Shown here: positions 18,921 to 28,006 of the stretch, one piece after another
Numbering within the stretch: position 1 is the first letter of the stretch
How the letters are laid out: each line of letters opens with the position of its first letter
Assembly: GCA_965217585.1 (NCBI GenBank)
Contig: OZ244561.1
Coordinates: 2,656,001 to 2,720,000, forward strand
Source of the DNA: Candidatus Latescibacterota bacterium
GTDB lineage: Bacteria > Latescibacterota > UBA2968 > UBA8231
Direction: 5' to 3'
Length of the DNA stretch: 64,000 nt
The notes under the pieces: generated by a model
Told to the model about the DNA's origin: nothing
Database searches by the model: none
Seen by the model: the letters and a program-made list of their open reading frames with translations, nothing else
Made by a program: the position numbers and the translations under genes

Positions 18921-19379
18921 ATGTGCATTCGCAAGGTGGCCTTATGGATTGTCGCCATTAGTTTGTCGAGCGCCGCGGTGCTCGAAGCTCAGCCAGGAGG
19001 TAGGCGTGGCGGCATGGGCGGCGGCATGGCACCGGAGCAGGTTTTTGCCCTACTGGCCTTTGATGAAAAGTTCAAGGTGACCGACAAGCAGCTACCCGCG
19101 CTGCGGCAGGCGCTTAGGCCGCTATACGTCGAGCAAAGGCAGATGTTGGCGGAAATGTTCAGTGGCGAGGTCGATTTTCGGGCTATGCGCGAGAAAATGC
19201 GCGAGCAGCAGACCAAGATGCGCGACAAGATCATGACCGCGCTCGCCACGGCGTTAGACGCCGAGCAGATCGAAGCCCTAAAGGCGCATCTACAGCAGAG
19301 GCAGCGCCAGCGCGGTGGGCCGCGGGGCGGTGGTGGGCCGCGAGGGGGTGGAGACGGTCCGCAGGGCGGCGGGTTTTAG
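18921..19379 (+). CDS. Secreted helical protein, Spy/CpxP-like, with Gly-rich tails
   Basis: Signal peptide MCIRKVALW...LEA; VTDKQ and LDAEQ (LTxxQ-like) motifs; GGPRG repeats. Confidence 0.55.
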   Translation: MCIRKVALWIVAISLSSAAVLEAQPGGRRGGMGGGMAPEQVFALLAFDEKFKVTDKQLPALRQALRPLYVEQRQMLAEMFSGEVDFRAMREKMREQQTKMRDKIMTALATALDAEQIEALKAHLQQRQRQRGGPRGGGGPRGGGDGPQGGGF

Positions 19380-19386
19380 AATATTC

Positions 19387-21669
19387 TCAACGCAACAACA
19401 ACATTTTCCGCGTCTCCACCAGCACTCCAATCCGCAAGCGGTACAGGTACACGCCGCTGGCCAGTGCAACCCCCGCGTCGTTGCGGCCGTCCCAGGTTAT
19501 CCGATAGTGTCCTGCGGTCCGGACGCCTCGGACTAAGGTGGCGACCTGCTGGCCGGCGATGGTGTACACGCTCAACTCCACGGCCTCTTGGTGGGGTAGG
19601 TCAAAGGCAATGGCCGTGCTGCTGTTGAAGGGATTGGGGTAATTTTGGGACAGGGTGAACGCGGTGGGCCTGTCAGCGGTGAACTCCTCGGCTACGGCAG
19701 TGGTCGGTTGCCCGAAATACGCTTCGGCCAGCGCAAAAGCATCCACGCCAATGCGGGCACCGATAGCCCGACCGGGAATATCATCGGCCGGCGGATGGAT
19801 ACCTCCCCATATACGCGACAGGCTGGTCTGATCTGCGGCGTCGCGGTAGGTGGCCCATTGCAACACCACATCGACGCTAGGGCCTTCCTCAAAAACGAGA
19901 AAGCTGTTGCGCTCGGCGCGAAATTCGCCTAGGCCCCCCGGGAAAAAGGGATCGCCGGTGAGCAGGGTCAAAACCTCGGCGGCAGCCCGCGAGAAGGTGG
20001 AGTGGCCTGAGATGTAGCCAGCAAAGGGCGGGGTTACAAACGAGGCCCGTTGGTACGGCCACCAGTTCTCGGCCAAGATCCAGCCGACGCCGGCCAAGTC
20101 GATGTCTGGATCGGCGATGTAGGTCGGCCCGCGCCAAGACTTCAACTTGATTTTGCCGATGTGATCGCCCTCCTCGCCAGCAAGGGGATCGTCGGCTTGG
20201 ACCAACTCGATATAGCCGTCGATGAGCGGCAGACCAGCCGGGTCGTAACGCGGTAGATCGGGATCGGTGCTCTGGCCGCGGTCGGCCATCCAGCGAATGG
20301 CCGAAATGGGGCGGACATAGTCGTACCAGCCCTTGAGACCCCAAGCGGTTACTGCGGCGTCATGCACGGCACCTCCTAGGGCAAAGTAGGATTTGACATC
20401 CCATTCAAGGTCGTCGAGGATCGGCCCCTCTCCTTTGAAGCGCTTCTCAAAGAGGGGATGGTCGCTGACGTAGTTGAGGATGGTAAACCAATGGCCGGGT
20501 GGGGTCTCGGTATCCGGACCATCGGCCCAGAATTCGGCTAGCACTCGGGTGTAGTCGCCGCGCGGTACCCACTGTTCTTCGTAGGGCTGGCCAGTGTGGG
20601 GATTGAGCGGGTGGCCCTGGCCGACGTCGCCACCTTCGAGCAGGTTGTAGAACGCTTGGTACTCGGCGAAGGTCTGGGGCAATTCGGGGGCATTGCCGAT
20701 GTTGCCGGGCGAAATATCCCAGAGGACGCCATCGGCCGGGTCGAGATGGGACGCCCAGAGAGCTACGAGGGCAAAGCCCCACTGATATTCCCCAGAGGCC
20801 AGCTTCAGTTCCCCGATGCGGCCGACGACATCGGGCTGTTGGCCGTCAATGTGGGGCGGCGGCCCGGGATCGTGGTACACGGGATAGTCATGGCCCTCCC
20901 TTTGGTACACGGTCAAATCCTCTGGACCGAGGGCAAAGGGCGTCACCAAACCCCATTCCGCACTGAGGAACGGCGGGGCCGCATCGGGCAAGACATTGCC
21001 GCTTTGATCGATGAACTCCTCAAGTTTGAGGGGCTGCCAGAAGTTGGGGTCGAGGAGGCCGCCGTGGCCCGGCAGGATCGGCTCTAAGGGAGGATTGAAA
21101 GGCATATAGAAGCGGTTGCCGTAGTTGCCGTAGTAGACACTGCGCTCGTTGGCACCGTCCTGCATCCCAAAATCCATCAGGCATTGGGCGATGTAGTTGC
21201 CCAAGGCCGCGGGGTTGCCGTCGGCGTAGTCTGTGGAGTGAAAGGTCGTACTGTAACCCAACTCCCCTATGAGTCGGTTGATTTGGGAGAATGACTGTAC
21301 CCAGCCCGGCGAAAGGCGAAAGCGGAATCTCAGGAGGCGAGCGGCCGCATAGCTCATGGCTTCGCGGCGGGCGGCCTCCACGTCGTCGGGGCGGGGTACG
21401 CCGGAAAAGGAGCAGGTGAAGCCGCCTATGGTTTTGCCCAGCATATAGGTCTGCTCTGGTCCGTCGCTGTATACCGCCCAAGCGTCGTACAGGGCTATAC
21501 TGGTGTGGAAGAGGTTGCGGGCGTGGACCGTGGGTCGAGCGAAGTCGTCGCGGATGGCCGCTAAGAGGACGTCGTTCCACTGGCGTGCCGCCGAATGTTG
21601 GGCCGGGGCCGGAACAGCCGACAGGGCGAAGACGAAGAGTGCACAGGCGAGCAACGTTGGCCGTAGCAT
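19387..21669 (-). CDS. Secreted vanadium-dependent haloperoxidase-like (PAP2 superfamily) protein with FlgD/T9SS-type C-terminal domain
   Basis: WGLKGWYDYVRP, PPFAGYISGHSTFS and SRIWGGIH vanadate/phosphate-binding motifs; signal peptide; NYPNPFN tail. Confidence 0.8.
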   Translation of the reverse strand: MLRPTLLACALFVFALSAVPAPAQHSAARQWNDVLLAAIRDDFARPTVHARNLFHTSIALYDAWAVYSDGPEQTYMLGKTIGGFTCSFSGVPRPDDVEAARREAMSYAAARLLRFRFRLSPGWVQSFSQINRLIGELGYSTTFHSTDYADGNPAALGNYIAQCLMDFGMQDGANERSVYYGNYGNRFYMPFNPPLEPILPGHGGLLDPNFWQPLKLEEFIDQSGNVLPDAAPPFLSAEWGLVTPFALGPEDLTVYQREGHDYPVYHDPGPPPHIDGQQPDVVGRIGELKLASGEYQWGFALVALWASHLDPADGVLWDISPGNIGNAPELPQTFAEYQAFYNLLEGGDVGQGHPLNPHTGQPYEEQWVPRGDYTRVLAEFWADGPDTETPPGHWFTILNYVSDHPLFEKRFKGEGPILDDLEWDVKSYFALGGAVHDAAVTAWGLKGWYDYVRPISAIRWMADRGQSTDPDLPRYDPAGLPLIDGYIELVQADDPLAGEEGDHIGKIKLKSWRGPTYIADPDIDLAGVGWILAENWWPYQRASFVTPPFAGYISGHSTFSRAAAEVLTLLTGDPFFPGGLGEFRAERNSFLVFEEGPSVDVVLQWATYRDAADQTSLSRIWGGIHPPADDIPGRAIGARIGVDAFALAEAYFGQPTTAVAEEFTADRPTAFTLSQNYPNPFNSSTAIAFDLPHQEAVELSVYTIAGQQVATLVRGVRTAGHYRITWDGRNDAGVALASGVYLYRLRIGVLVETRKMLLLR

Positions 21670-21732
21670 GATCGGGTCCTCTTTTTTCAGCCCAAGCGGC
21701 CCATTAGGGGAATAGCAAATAGGTACTGACGC

Positions 21733-22290
21733 TCACAGCTTCTTCACAATATCTCCAACCCGTATCGCGCCCGGGCGAATGACCTTGGCGTTGACGCCGC
21801 GTAGCTGAAGCTGTTTGCCCACCGGGGAACTGATAAATTTCAGGGCGTCCAGCCCAAAGCGGGCAGCAAATTTTTTACAACCAGTGTGGGGTGGCTCCGT
21901 GATTTGGATCACGGCCGCGCCTAGGGACAGACGAGTCCCGGGCGGCACGTTATCCACGCTTAGGTCGAAGTCGATGTATAGCTGATCCCCTGCTAGGGGC
22001 CAATGCTGCTTCTCTTGGGCCACTAGGGCCATCAAACGGGCGTTGGTCAGCGTGAGCTGCATGTCTGGGTGCGCCGATCCATCTGCGGTTTGTGAGCTGC
22101 CGCGCCGTTTCCAATTGTCGCCCACCAGCCCTTCGGCTAGATCGAGTTCCCCCACGTCTAAGACTTCCCGCGTCTCCGTCTGTGGCCGCCGCACGATCAG
22201 CTCCAACACGCCGATGGCTTTGGGCGACTGACGAATGTCGTCTAGCCCTGCGGTTAGCGTTTCCATGGCTAGGTGTTTTACTTCGGCCAA
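21733..22290 (-). CDS. MOSC domain-containing protein
   Basis: TTG start after AGGAGG (MAEVKHLAMETL); GLVGDNW, LAGDQL, PHTGCKKF and LRGVNAKV..PG.IRVGD. Confidence 0.85.
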   Translation of the reverse strand: MAEVKHLAMETLTAGLDDIRQSPKAIGVLELIVRRPQTETREVLDVGELDLAEGLVGDNWKRRGSSQTADGSAHPDMQLTLTNARLMALVAQEKQHWPLAGDQLYIDFDLSVDNVPPGTRLSLGAAVIQITEPPHTGCKKFAARFGLDALKFISSPVGKQLQLRGVNAKVIRPGAIRVGDIVKKL

Positions 22291-22328
22291 TATCGACCTC
22301 CTGAACGTTTTGTCTGTGTAGGCATCTT

Positions 22329-23474
22329 TTATCGCGGCACTTCGTAGGACCCTGCAATCCCGCTGGACGAGAAGAGCACTTGCCAAAGTTGGTTCGCCCG
22401 AGCGCGGAAGGAGCCAGCGGAGGACAGCAAGTAGAACGTCCACATCCGGTAGAAGCGCTCGTCGTAGTGGGCCTTGAGTTCGCTCCAAGCCGCGTTGAAG
22501 TTGGCGCACCAAGCCATCAGCGTCCGGTCGTAATGCGGGCCGAAGGCATGCCAGTCCTCTAAGACGAAGTGCCCCTCGGCGGCCGTGGCAATCTGCTTGG
22601 CCGAAGGCAGCAGGGAGTTGGGGAAGATGTAGCGTTCGATCCAAGGATCGTTACGGGCCGCCGAGTTGTTGCGACCGATGGTGTGCAATAAAAAGCGCCC
22701 GTCTGGGGCGAGGCAGCGTTTGACCGTGTGCATGAAGATTGAGTAGTTCTTGACGCCCACGTGCTCGAACATGCCGATCGACGAGATGCGGTCAAAGCGC
22801 TCGTCTAAGGCTCGGTAGTCCTGCAAGCGAATCTCTACCGGCAGCCCGCGGCACGTCTCCGCAGCCAGTTTTGCCTGCTCCTTGGAGACGGTGACGCCCA
22901 CCCCTTTGACTCCGTAGCGCTGGACCGCAAACCGCAGGGTGCCTCCCCAGCCGCAGCCGATGTCGAGTAGGGTCATCCCCGGCTCCAGCCCTAGCTTGCG
23001 GCAGCACAAGTCGAGCTTGGCTTCTTGCGCCTCGTCTAAATTGGCGGCGTTGCGCCAGTAGCCGCAGCTATAGATCATGCGCTGGTCGAGCATAGCCCGG
23101 TACAGGTCGTTTCCTATATCGTAGTGGCGCTGGCCGACTTGGAAGGAGCGAGCGGGCGTTTGCAGGTTGAGCAGCCGTGCCCTCAGATAGGGCAAAAGCA
23201 GGTGCCGACCGCGCAACTTCAGGTTCAGCCGGGCGCGCAAGATCCGCGCGCAAAGTTCGTCTAGTTGCGGGCAGTCCCACCACCCATCCATGTACGACTC
23301 ACCCGCGCCCAGCGATCCGTGGCCCAGCACGTGCGCGAACAAGCGGTCGTCGTGGATTTCTATATCCCAAGGCCGATCTCCGCCGATGCGCACATCGGCC
23401 TCCTCTAGCAGTGCTTCTATGCGTCGCCAATTCTGGCGACGGACAGCACTGCGGCGATAGGCGTCCTGATTCAT
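22329..23474 (-). CDS. cfa: Cyclopropane-fatty-acyl-phospholipid synthase
   Basis: GSLGAGESYMDGWW, HYDIGNDLY, YSCGYW, LDIGCGWGG, SIGMFEHVG and YIFP. Confidence 0.93.
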   Translation of the reverse strand: MNQDAYRRSAVRRQNWRRIEALLEEADVRIGGDRPWDIEIHDDRLFAHVLGHGSLGAGESYMDGWWDCPQLDELCARILRARLNLKLRGRHLLLPYLRARLLNLQTPARSFQVGQRHYDIGNDLYRAMLDQRMIYSCGYWRNAANLDEAQEAKLDLCCRKLGLEPGMTLLDIGCGWGGTLRFAVQRYGVKGVGVTVSKEQAKLAAETCRGLPVEIRLQDYRALDERFDRISSIGMFEHVGVKNYSIFMHTVKRCLAPDGRFLLHTIGRNNSAARNDPWIERYIFPNSLLPSAKQIATAAEGHFVLEDWHAFGPHYDRTLMAWCANFNAAWSELKAHYDERFYRMWTFYLLSSAGSFRARANQLWQVLFSSSGIAGSYEVPR

Positions 23475-23678
23475 GGCAGCTTCTTCTCGGCGTTATCTGT
23501 TTTTGAGAATTGGCAGCGCATATTATGCGTAACGAGTATGCCGCAAACAACCCTGTGCCAGCGAGCAAGCAGCCGGGGTGCAGGTGAATCGCGCGCTTGA
23601 CAGTTCGCCGCATCCCGCTGCAACTTTCGGCGCGTCGCGAACCATTACGTTGTCAATAAAAATAAAGGCTAGAGATCT

Positions 23679-25277
23679 ATGGCTGAGCGAAAGCCCAATT
23701 TCCTGTGGATTTCATTTGAGGATACCAATCCCCGGTACGGGTGCTACGGCGATGCGGTGGCGCGCACGCCCACCTTGGATCGGCTCGCAGCCGAGGGCTG
23801 CCGCTGGACGCACTGCTTCTCCACGGCCGGTGTCTGTGCCCCGGCCCGGTCGGCCATCATCACCGGCATGTACTCGATCTCCATCGGCACCCACCATATG
23901 CGCACGACCCACGCCAATCGCGCCACACCGGAAATGCCCACGCCGTATTCGGCCGTTGTGCCGCACTACGTAAAGTGCTTCACGGAATACCTGCGGGCGG
24001 CTGGGTATTACTGCAGCAACAACGCCAAGACCGACTACCAGTTTACTCCCCCGCTGACCGCTTGGGATGCGCTCGGCACGCACGCTCACTGGCGCGACCG
24101 TCCCGACCCAGACCAGCCGTTTTTCGCGGTCTTCAACCCCACGCGCACCCACGAAAGCGGCATGTGGCCCGAGAAGTGCCCGGAGCCGGAGTTCGACCCG
24201 GATGCCATCCCGCTGCCGCCCTATTTCCCCGATACCCCCTTAGTGCGTCAAGCCATGGCGCGAATGTACACGCATATTGCGCACAGCGACCAAGAGCTTG
24301 CCCAGCTCCTGCAACAACTCGACGAAGACGGCTTGTCCGAGAATACGTACGTCTTTCACTGGAGCGATCACGGCCCGCTACCGCGCGGCAAGCGCTGGCC
24401 GTACGACGCAGGCATTCACGTGCCCCTGATCGTCCGCGGCCCAGGCATGGAAGCGGGACAGGTCTGCGGGGACTTGGTAAGCACCGTCGATTTAGGCCCC
24501 ACGATGCTCTCGCTCGCGGGGATTGATGTGCCTGCCCACATGCAGGGCCGTGCGTTTTTGGGCCGCCAAGCCCAATCGCCGCGAGAGTACATATACGCGA
24601 GCCGGGACCGGCACGACGAGGCGTACGACATGGTGCGGGCCGTGCGCGACCGCCGCTTTAAGTACATCCGCAACTATCGGCCAGATCTCCCCTACCTGGC
24701 GTGGATCCCCTATCGCAATCGGCACCCCATTGTGCAGGAGATGTGGCGCTTGCACTTGGCCGACGGGCTGGACGAGACGCAAGCGGCCATGTTCCGGTAT
24801 CCGAGGCCGGTCGAAGAGCTGTACGACACCGAAGCCGACCCGCACGAGGTCAACAACTTGGCGGCCAATTCCCAGTACCAGCCGGAGCGGGATCTCCTAC
24901 GGGGAGCCTTGGACGAATGGCTGCGAGAAGTGGGTGACATGGGCCGAATGGCGGAAAGCGAAATGGTGCGGCAGTGGTATCCCGAGGGCCAACAACCGCA
25001 GACGGCCCCGCCGGTATGCGTGCCTATTTGCGCCGACAGTCCCGGGACCGAGCCAGCGCTGGAAGGCGGTACATTCCGCGGGCCGCTGCTGGTGCAGCTC
25101 CACTGCGCCACGCAGGGTGCCTCTGTGGCGTATGCCGTGGATGACCAGCCGCACTGGCACCTCTACACCGAGCCGTTGCGCATGGAAGCTGGGACGACCA
25201 CCTTGTTGCGGGCCAAGGCGATCCGCATTGGGTACCGGGAAAGCCAAGAGACCCGTGCGACCTTCGTCGTAGAGTGA
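23679..25277 (+). CDS. Sulfatase with C-terminal Fn3/chitobiase-like domain
   Basis: PNFLWISFED, CAPAR, WSDHG and GKRWPYD; C-terminal CATQGASVAY...LRAKAIRIGY. Confidence 0.9.
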   Translation: MAERKPNFLWISFEDTNPRYGCYGDAVARTPTLDRLAAEGCRWTHCFSTAGVCAPARSAIITGMYSISIGTHHMRTTHANRATPEMPTPYSAVVPHYVKCFTEYLRAAGYYCSNNAKTDYQFTPPLTAWDALGTHAHWRDRPDPDQPFFAVFNPTRTHESGMWPEKCPEPEFDPDAIPLPPYFPDTPLVRQAMARMYTHIAHSDQELAQLLQQLDEDGLSENTYVFHWSDHGPLPRGKRWPYDAGIHVPLIVRGPGMEAGQVCGDLVSTVDLGPTMLSLAGIDVPAHMQGRAFLGRQAQSPREYIYASRDRHDEAYDMVRAVRDRRFKYIRNYRPDLPYLAWIPYRNRHPIVQEMWRLHLADGLDETQAAMFRYPRPVEELYDTEADPHEVNNLAANSQYQPERDLLRGALDEWLREVGDMGRMAESEMVRQWYPEGQQPQTAPPVCVPICADSPGTEPALEGGTFRGPLLVQLHCATQGASVAYAVDDQPHWHLYTEPLRMEAGTTTLLRAKAIRIGYRESQETRATFVVE

Positions 25278-25290
25278 GATCTGCGGACTT

Positions 25291-26334
25291 ATGACGAGAC
25301 GATTCCAAGCCGACGCGCTGGAGCGGTTAGCCGCCAGCGTTTTTGAGGCCCACGGCACCCCGGCCCAAGAGGCGCAGACTGTAGCCTGCCTGTTGGTACA
25401 GGCCGATCTCATGGGCCTGCCTTCGCACGGGGTATTGCGCGTCCCGCAATACGTAGAAGACATCCGCCGTGGTGTCATTGTGCCGGGCGCGAAGGTATTG
25501 GTGCGAGAGGGTGCTGCCGCTACCGCGCTGGTGGATGGGCAGTGGAATTTTGGCCAGATTGGGGCCGGCCGGGCCACGGAGCTGGCGATTGAACGCGCCC
25601 GGCGGTTTGGCGTGGGCAGTGCCAGCCTGCGCCGTTGCCGCCACGTGGGGCGGCTAGGAGCGTACGCGGAACAGGCCGCTCAGGCCCAGTGTGTGGCGCT
25701 GGTCACCTGCAGCACGGCGGGCGAGGGGCATTGGGTTGCGCCGTTTGGCGGTCGCGAAGGGCGGTTGGGCACCAACCCCATTTCGTTTGCCGCGCCCACC
25801 TCGGACCAACCCGTAGTAATGGATTTTTCAACCGCGGCCCTGCCCGAAGGGCGCGTGCGCCTATACCGGGATACCGGGCAAGCGCTACCTGAAGGCACCT
25901 TAGTAAATCGGACTGGAGCGCCTTCCACCGACCCCGCCGACCTGTACGAGGCCGGGGCGATCTTGCCATTTGGCGGAGTCCAAGGATACAAGGGCTTCGG
26001 CTTGGGCTTCATGGCCCAGATTTTTAGCTGCCTGCTAGGCGAGCCGACTTGGCGCGAGGAGGGGCTGGAGTCCAATGCCAATACGATGTGGCTGTTGGCG
26101 GTGGACGCGGCTGCTTGGGGAGAAGCCGAGCGCTTTCGCGCTGAATTGGACCGCATGATCGCCTATGTGCGCTCGTCAGCGCCGGCGCTTGGCAGCAACG
26201 GGGTGCTGGTGCCGGGCGAACGCGAATTCGCTGCCGAAGAGCGCTATCGGCGCGAAGGCATCCCGGTGGAAGAAGAGGTCTGGTGCCAGCTAGTGCAGGT
26301 CGCCCAAGAAGCCGGCGTGGAGGTAGAGGCATGA
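25291..26334 (+). CDS. Ldh_2 family (malate/L-lactate/sulfolactate-type) oxidoreductase
   Basis: ADLMGLPSHG, HVGRLGAY, GTNPISFA, MDFST, KGFGL and VLVPGERE. Confidence 0.9.
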   Translation: MTRRFQADALERLAASVFEAHGTPAQEAQTVACLLVQADLMGLPSHGVLRVPQYVEDIRRGVIVPGAKVLVREGAAATALVDGQWNFGQIGAGRATELAIERARRFGVGSASLRRCRHVGRLGAYAEQAAQAQCVALVTCSTAGEGHWVAPFGGREGRLGTNPISFAAPTSDQPVVMDFSTAALPEGRVRLYRDTGQALPEGTLVNRTGAPSTDPADLYEAGAILPFGGVQGYKGFGLGFMAQIFSCLLGEPTWREEGLESNANTMWLLAVDAAAWGEAERFRAELDRMIAYVRSSAPALGSNGVLVPGEREFAAEERYRREGIPVEEEVWCQLVQVAQEAGVEVEA

Positions 26335-27086
26335 ACGAAGAATTGCAGACCGCCGCCGAGCATCTACACGCGTATGGGTACTGCGTGCTAAAAGACCGCA
26401 TACCCCGCGAGGCCGCCTTGGCGTTGGGCCGCCGCTGTCTGGCGCTACACAGCGACCCGCGTTGCCTGGACTATATCGTGGGCGACGAGCACTATCAGAC
26501 CTTGTTCGGTATGCTCAACCAAGACGACGAGGTTTGGAGCTGTGCCTTCCACCCGGACCCCGTGGCCCTTGCGCGGCACTTTTTGGGGCCGCGTTGCCGC
26601 GTCGTTGAAGCGTGCTCTAAGCCGACTTGGCCTGGGGCACCAACTCAGCATTTACACGTAGATTCTGCGGGCGCGTTTGCCCAAGTGCCCGATGTGCCGT
26701 GGATGATCAACAGCATCTGGATGCTCACGGATTTTACCGCGGCCAACGGGGCCACCGGCGTCGTGCCCATGAGCCATCGGTCGCGGCGGCCCGCTCCGCC
26801 ACCCGATATGGGTGCTGATAGCCCGTTGATCAAGCCCGTAGAAGGCCGCGCTGGTTCCGTGATGCTGTGGCACGGGGGGCTTTTTCACCAAGCCCGGGCC
26901 AATCAGAGCGAGGACGTGCGGATCGGGCTGAATATCGCGTATTACCCGCCTTGGTTTAACAATTGGATCGAAGGCGGCCATCAGCCTCTGTGGCCGGAGA
27001 CGTACGAACGCATGCCCGATGACTTTCGCCGCCTGTGCCCGGGGCTGTTGGGTCGCCGCCGAGCCGATCGCTATGAACGGCGGTAA
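26331..27086 (+). CDS. Phytanoyl-CoA dioxygenase (PhyH) family Fe(II)/2OG oxygenase
   Basis: ATG 26331 overlaps the upstream stop; HVD...H triad; WMLTDFTAANGAT..VP.SH. Confidence 0.88.
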   Translation: MNEELQTAAEHLHAYGYCVLKDRIPREAALALGRRCLALHSDPRCLDYIVGDEHYQTLFGMLNQDDEVWSCAFHPDPVALARHFLGPRCRVVEACSKPTWPGAPTQHLHVDSAGAFAQVPDVPWMINSIWMLTDFTAANGATGVVPMSHRSRRPAPPPDMGADSPLIKPVEGRAGSVMLWHGGLFHQARANQSEDVRIGLNIAYYPPWFNNWIEGGHQPLWPETYERMPDDFRRLCPGLLGRRRADRYERR

Positions 27087-27172
27087 CTAGCGAGCGACAA
27101 GTCCGATCGGTAGCTGCCGCAAGCCACTTCTGTTGCCGTGATGCCATCGGCGATTCGAGAAAGGAATTCCCC

Positions 27173-27916
27173 ATGAAAACAGTAGTCTTCGGTGCCGCCG
27201 GTTGGCTCGGCCGCGCCGTCTTGCAAAACCTAGCTGGCAAGCACGATATCCGCGCCTTTGACTACGGGCCCCAAGCTTGGGAGGCGTATCGCGACACAGA
27301 CGGCGACTGGAACGACGGCGAAGTGATCCACGGCGATTTGGCCGATTACCACGCGGTGGAGCGGGCCATTAGCGGCGTGGATTGCGTCATTCACACGGCG
27401 GTTTACTTCGTCGGCGATCCCAACGACGACAAGCCCTTCCTCATCAATCTCAAGGGTTTGTGGAATGTCCTGCAAGTGGCCCAAGAGCAGGGCGTCCGCA
27501 AAGTAGTACACATCGGCTCGTGCCAGACCGTGCATCCCGAGGGAATTTTCTTTTCCTCGGAGGTACGGCGCCCCGACGGCAGTCTGTACGCGGTGTGCAA
27601 GCGACTACAGGAGGAGATGTGCCGCCAGTTCCACGAAGCCTTTGGGCTGCCCGTCGTGGTCTTGCGGCCCGACTATATCGTGGATTCGCGCTTGGGGATC
27701 GGCAAATACCGGGAACCATTGCAGAACATTCGCAACGGCTTTGTCTGTCGCCACGATTTGGCCGAAGCCTGCCGACTGGCCTTAGAAAGGGACGAGGTGG
27801 AGTTTGACGTATTGCACGTGGTCGGCACGCCCGAAGCCGACGCCACCTGCAATACGGCGCGGGGCCGGGAAGTGCTGGGCTTGGAATACAAGGGGAATTT
27901 GGACCAGTACCGCTGA
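27173..27916 (+). CDS. NAD-dependent epimerase/dehydratase
   Basis: GAAGWLG Rossmann motif and YAVCK (YxxxK). Confidence 0.85.
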   Translation: MKTVVFGAAGWLGRAVLQNLAGKHDIRAFDYGPQAWEAYRDTDGDWNDGEVIHGDLADYHAVERAISGVDCVIHTAVYFVGDPNDDKPFLINLKGLWNVLQVAQEQGVRKVVHIGSCQTVHPEGIFFSSEVRRPDGSLYAVCKRLQEEMCRQFHEAFGLPVVVLRPDYIVDSRLGIGKYREPLQNIRNGFVCRHDLAEACRLALERDEVEFDVLHVVGTPEADATCNTARGREVLGLEYKGNLDQYR

Positions 27917-28006
27917 GCGCAGAGGACGTTGCGACGAACGGTCCCGTTGACACTGTTTAACGCCGACTCTTCCTTCGAGACCTTACTTATGAAGAGAGGA
28001 GAAAGC

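Noticed and set aside
19313-19350. GGTGGGCCGCG repeat
   Set aside because: It simply encodes the GGPRG low-complexity tail.
21733-22644. 303-aa version of the MOSC ORF
   Set aside because: The extension overlaps cfa; AGGAGG plus TTG at 22290 is the better start.
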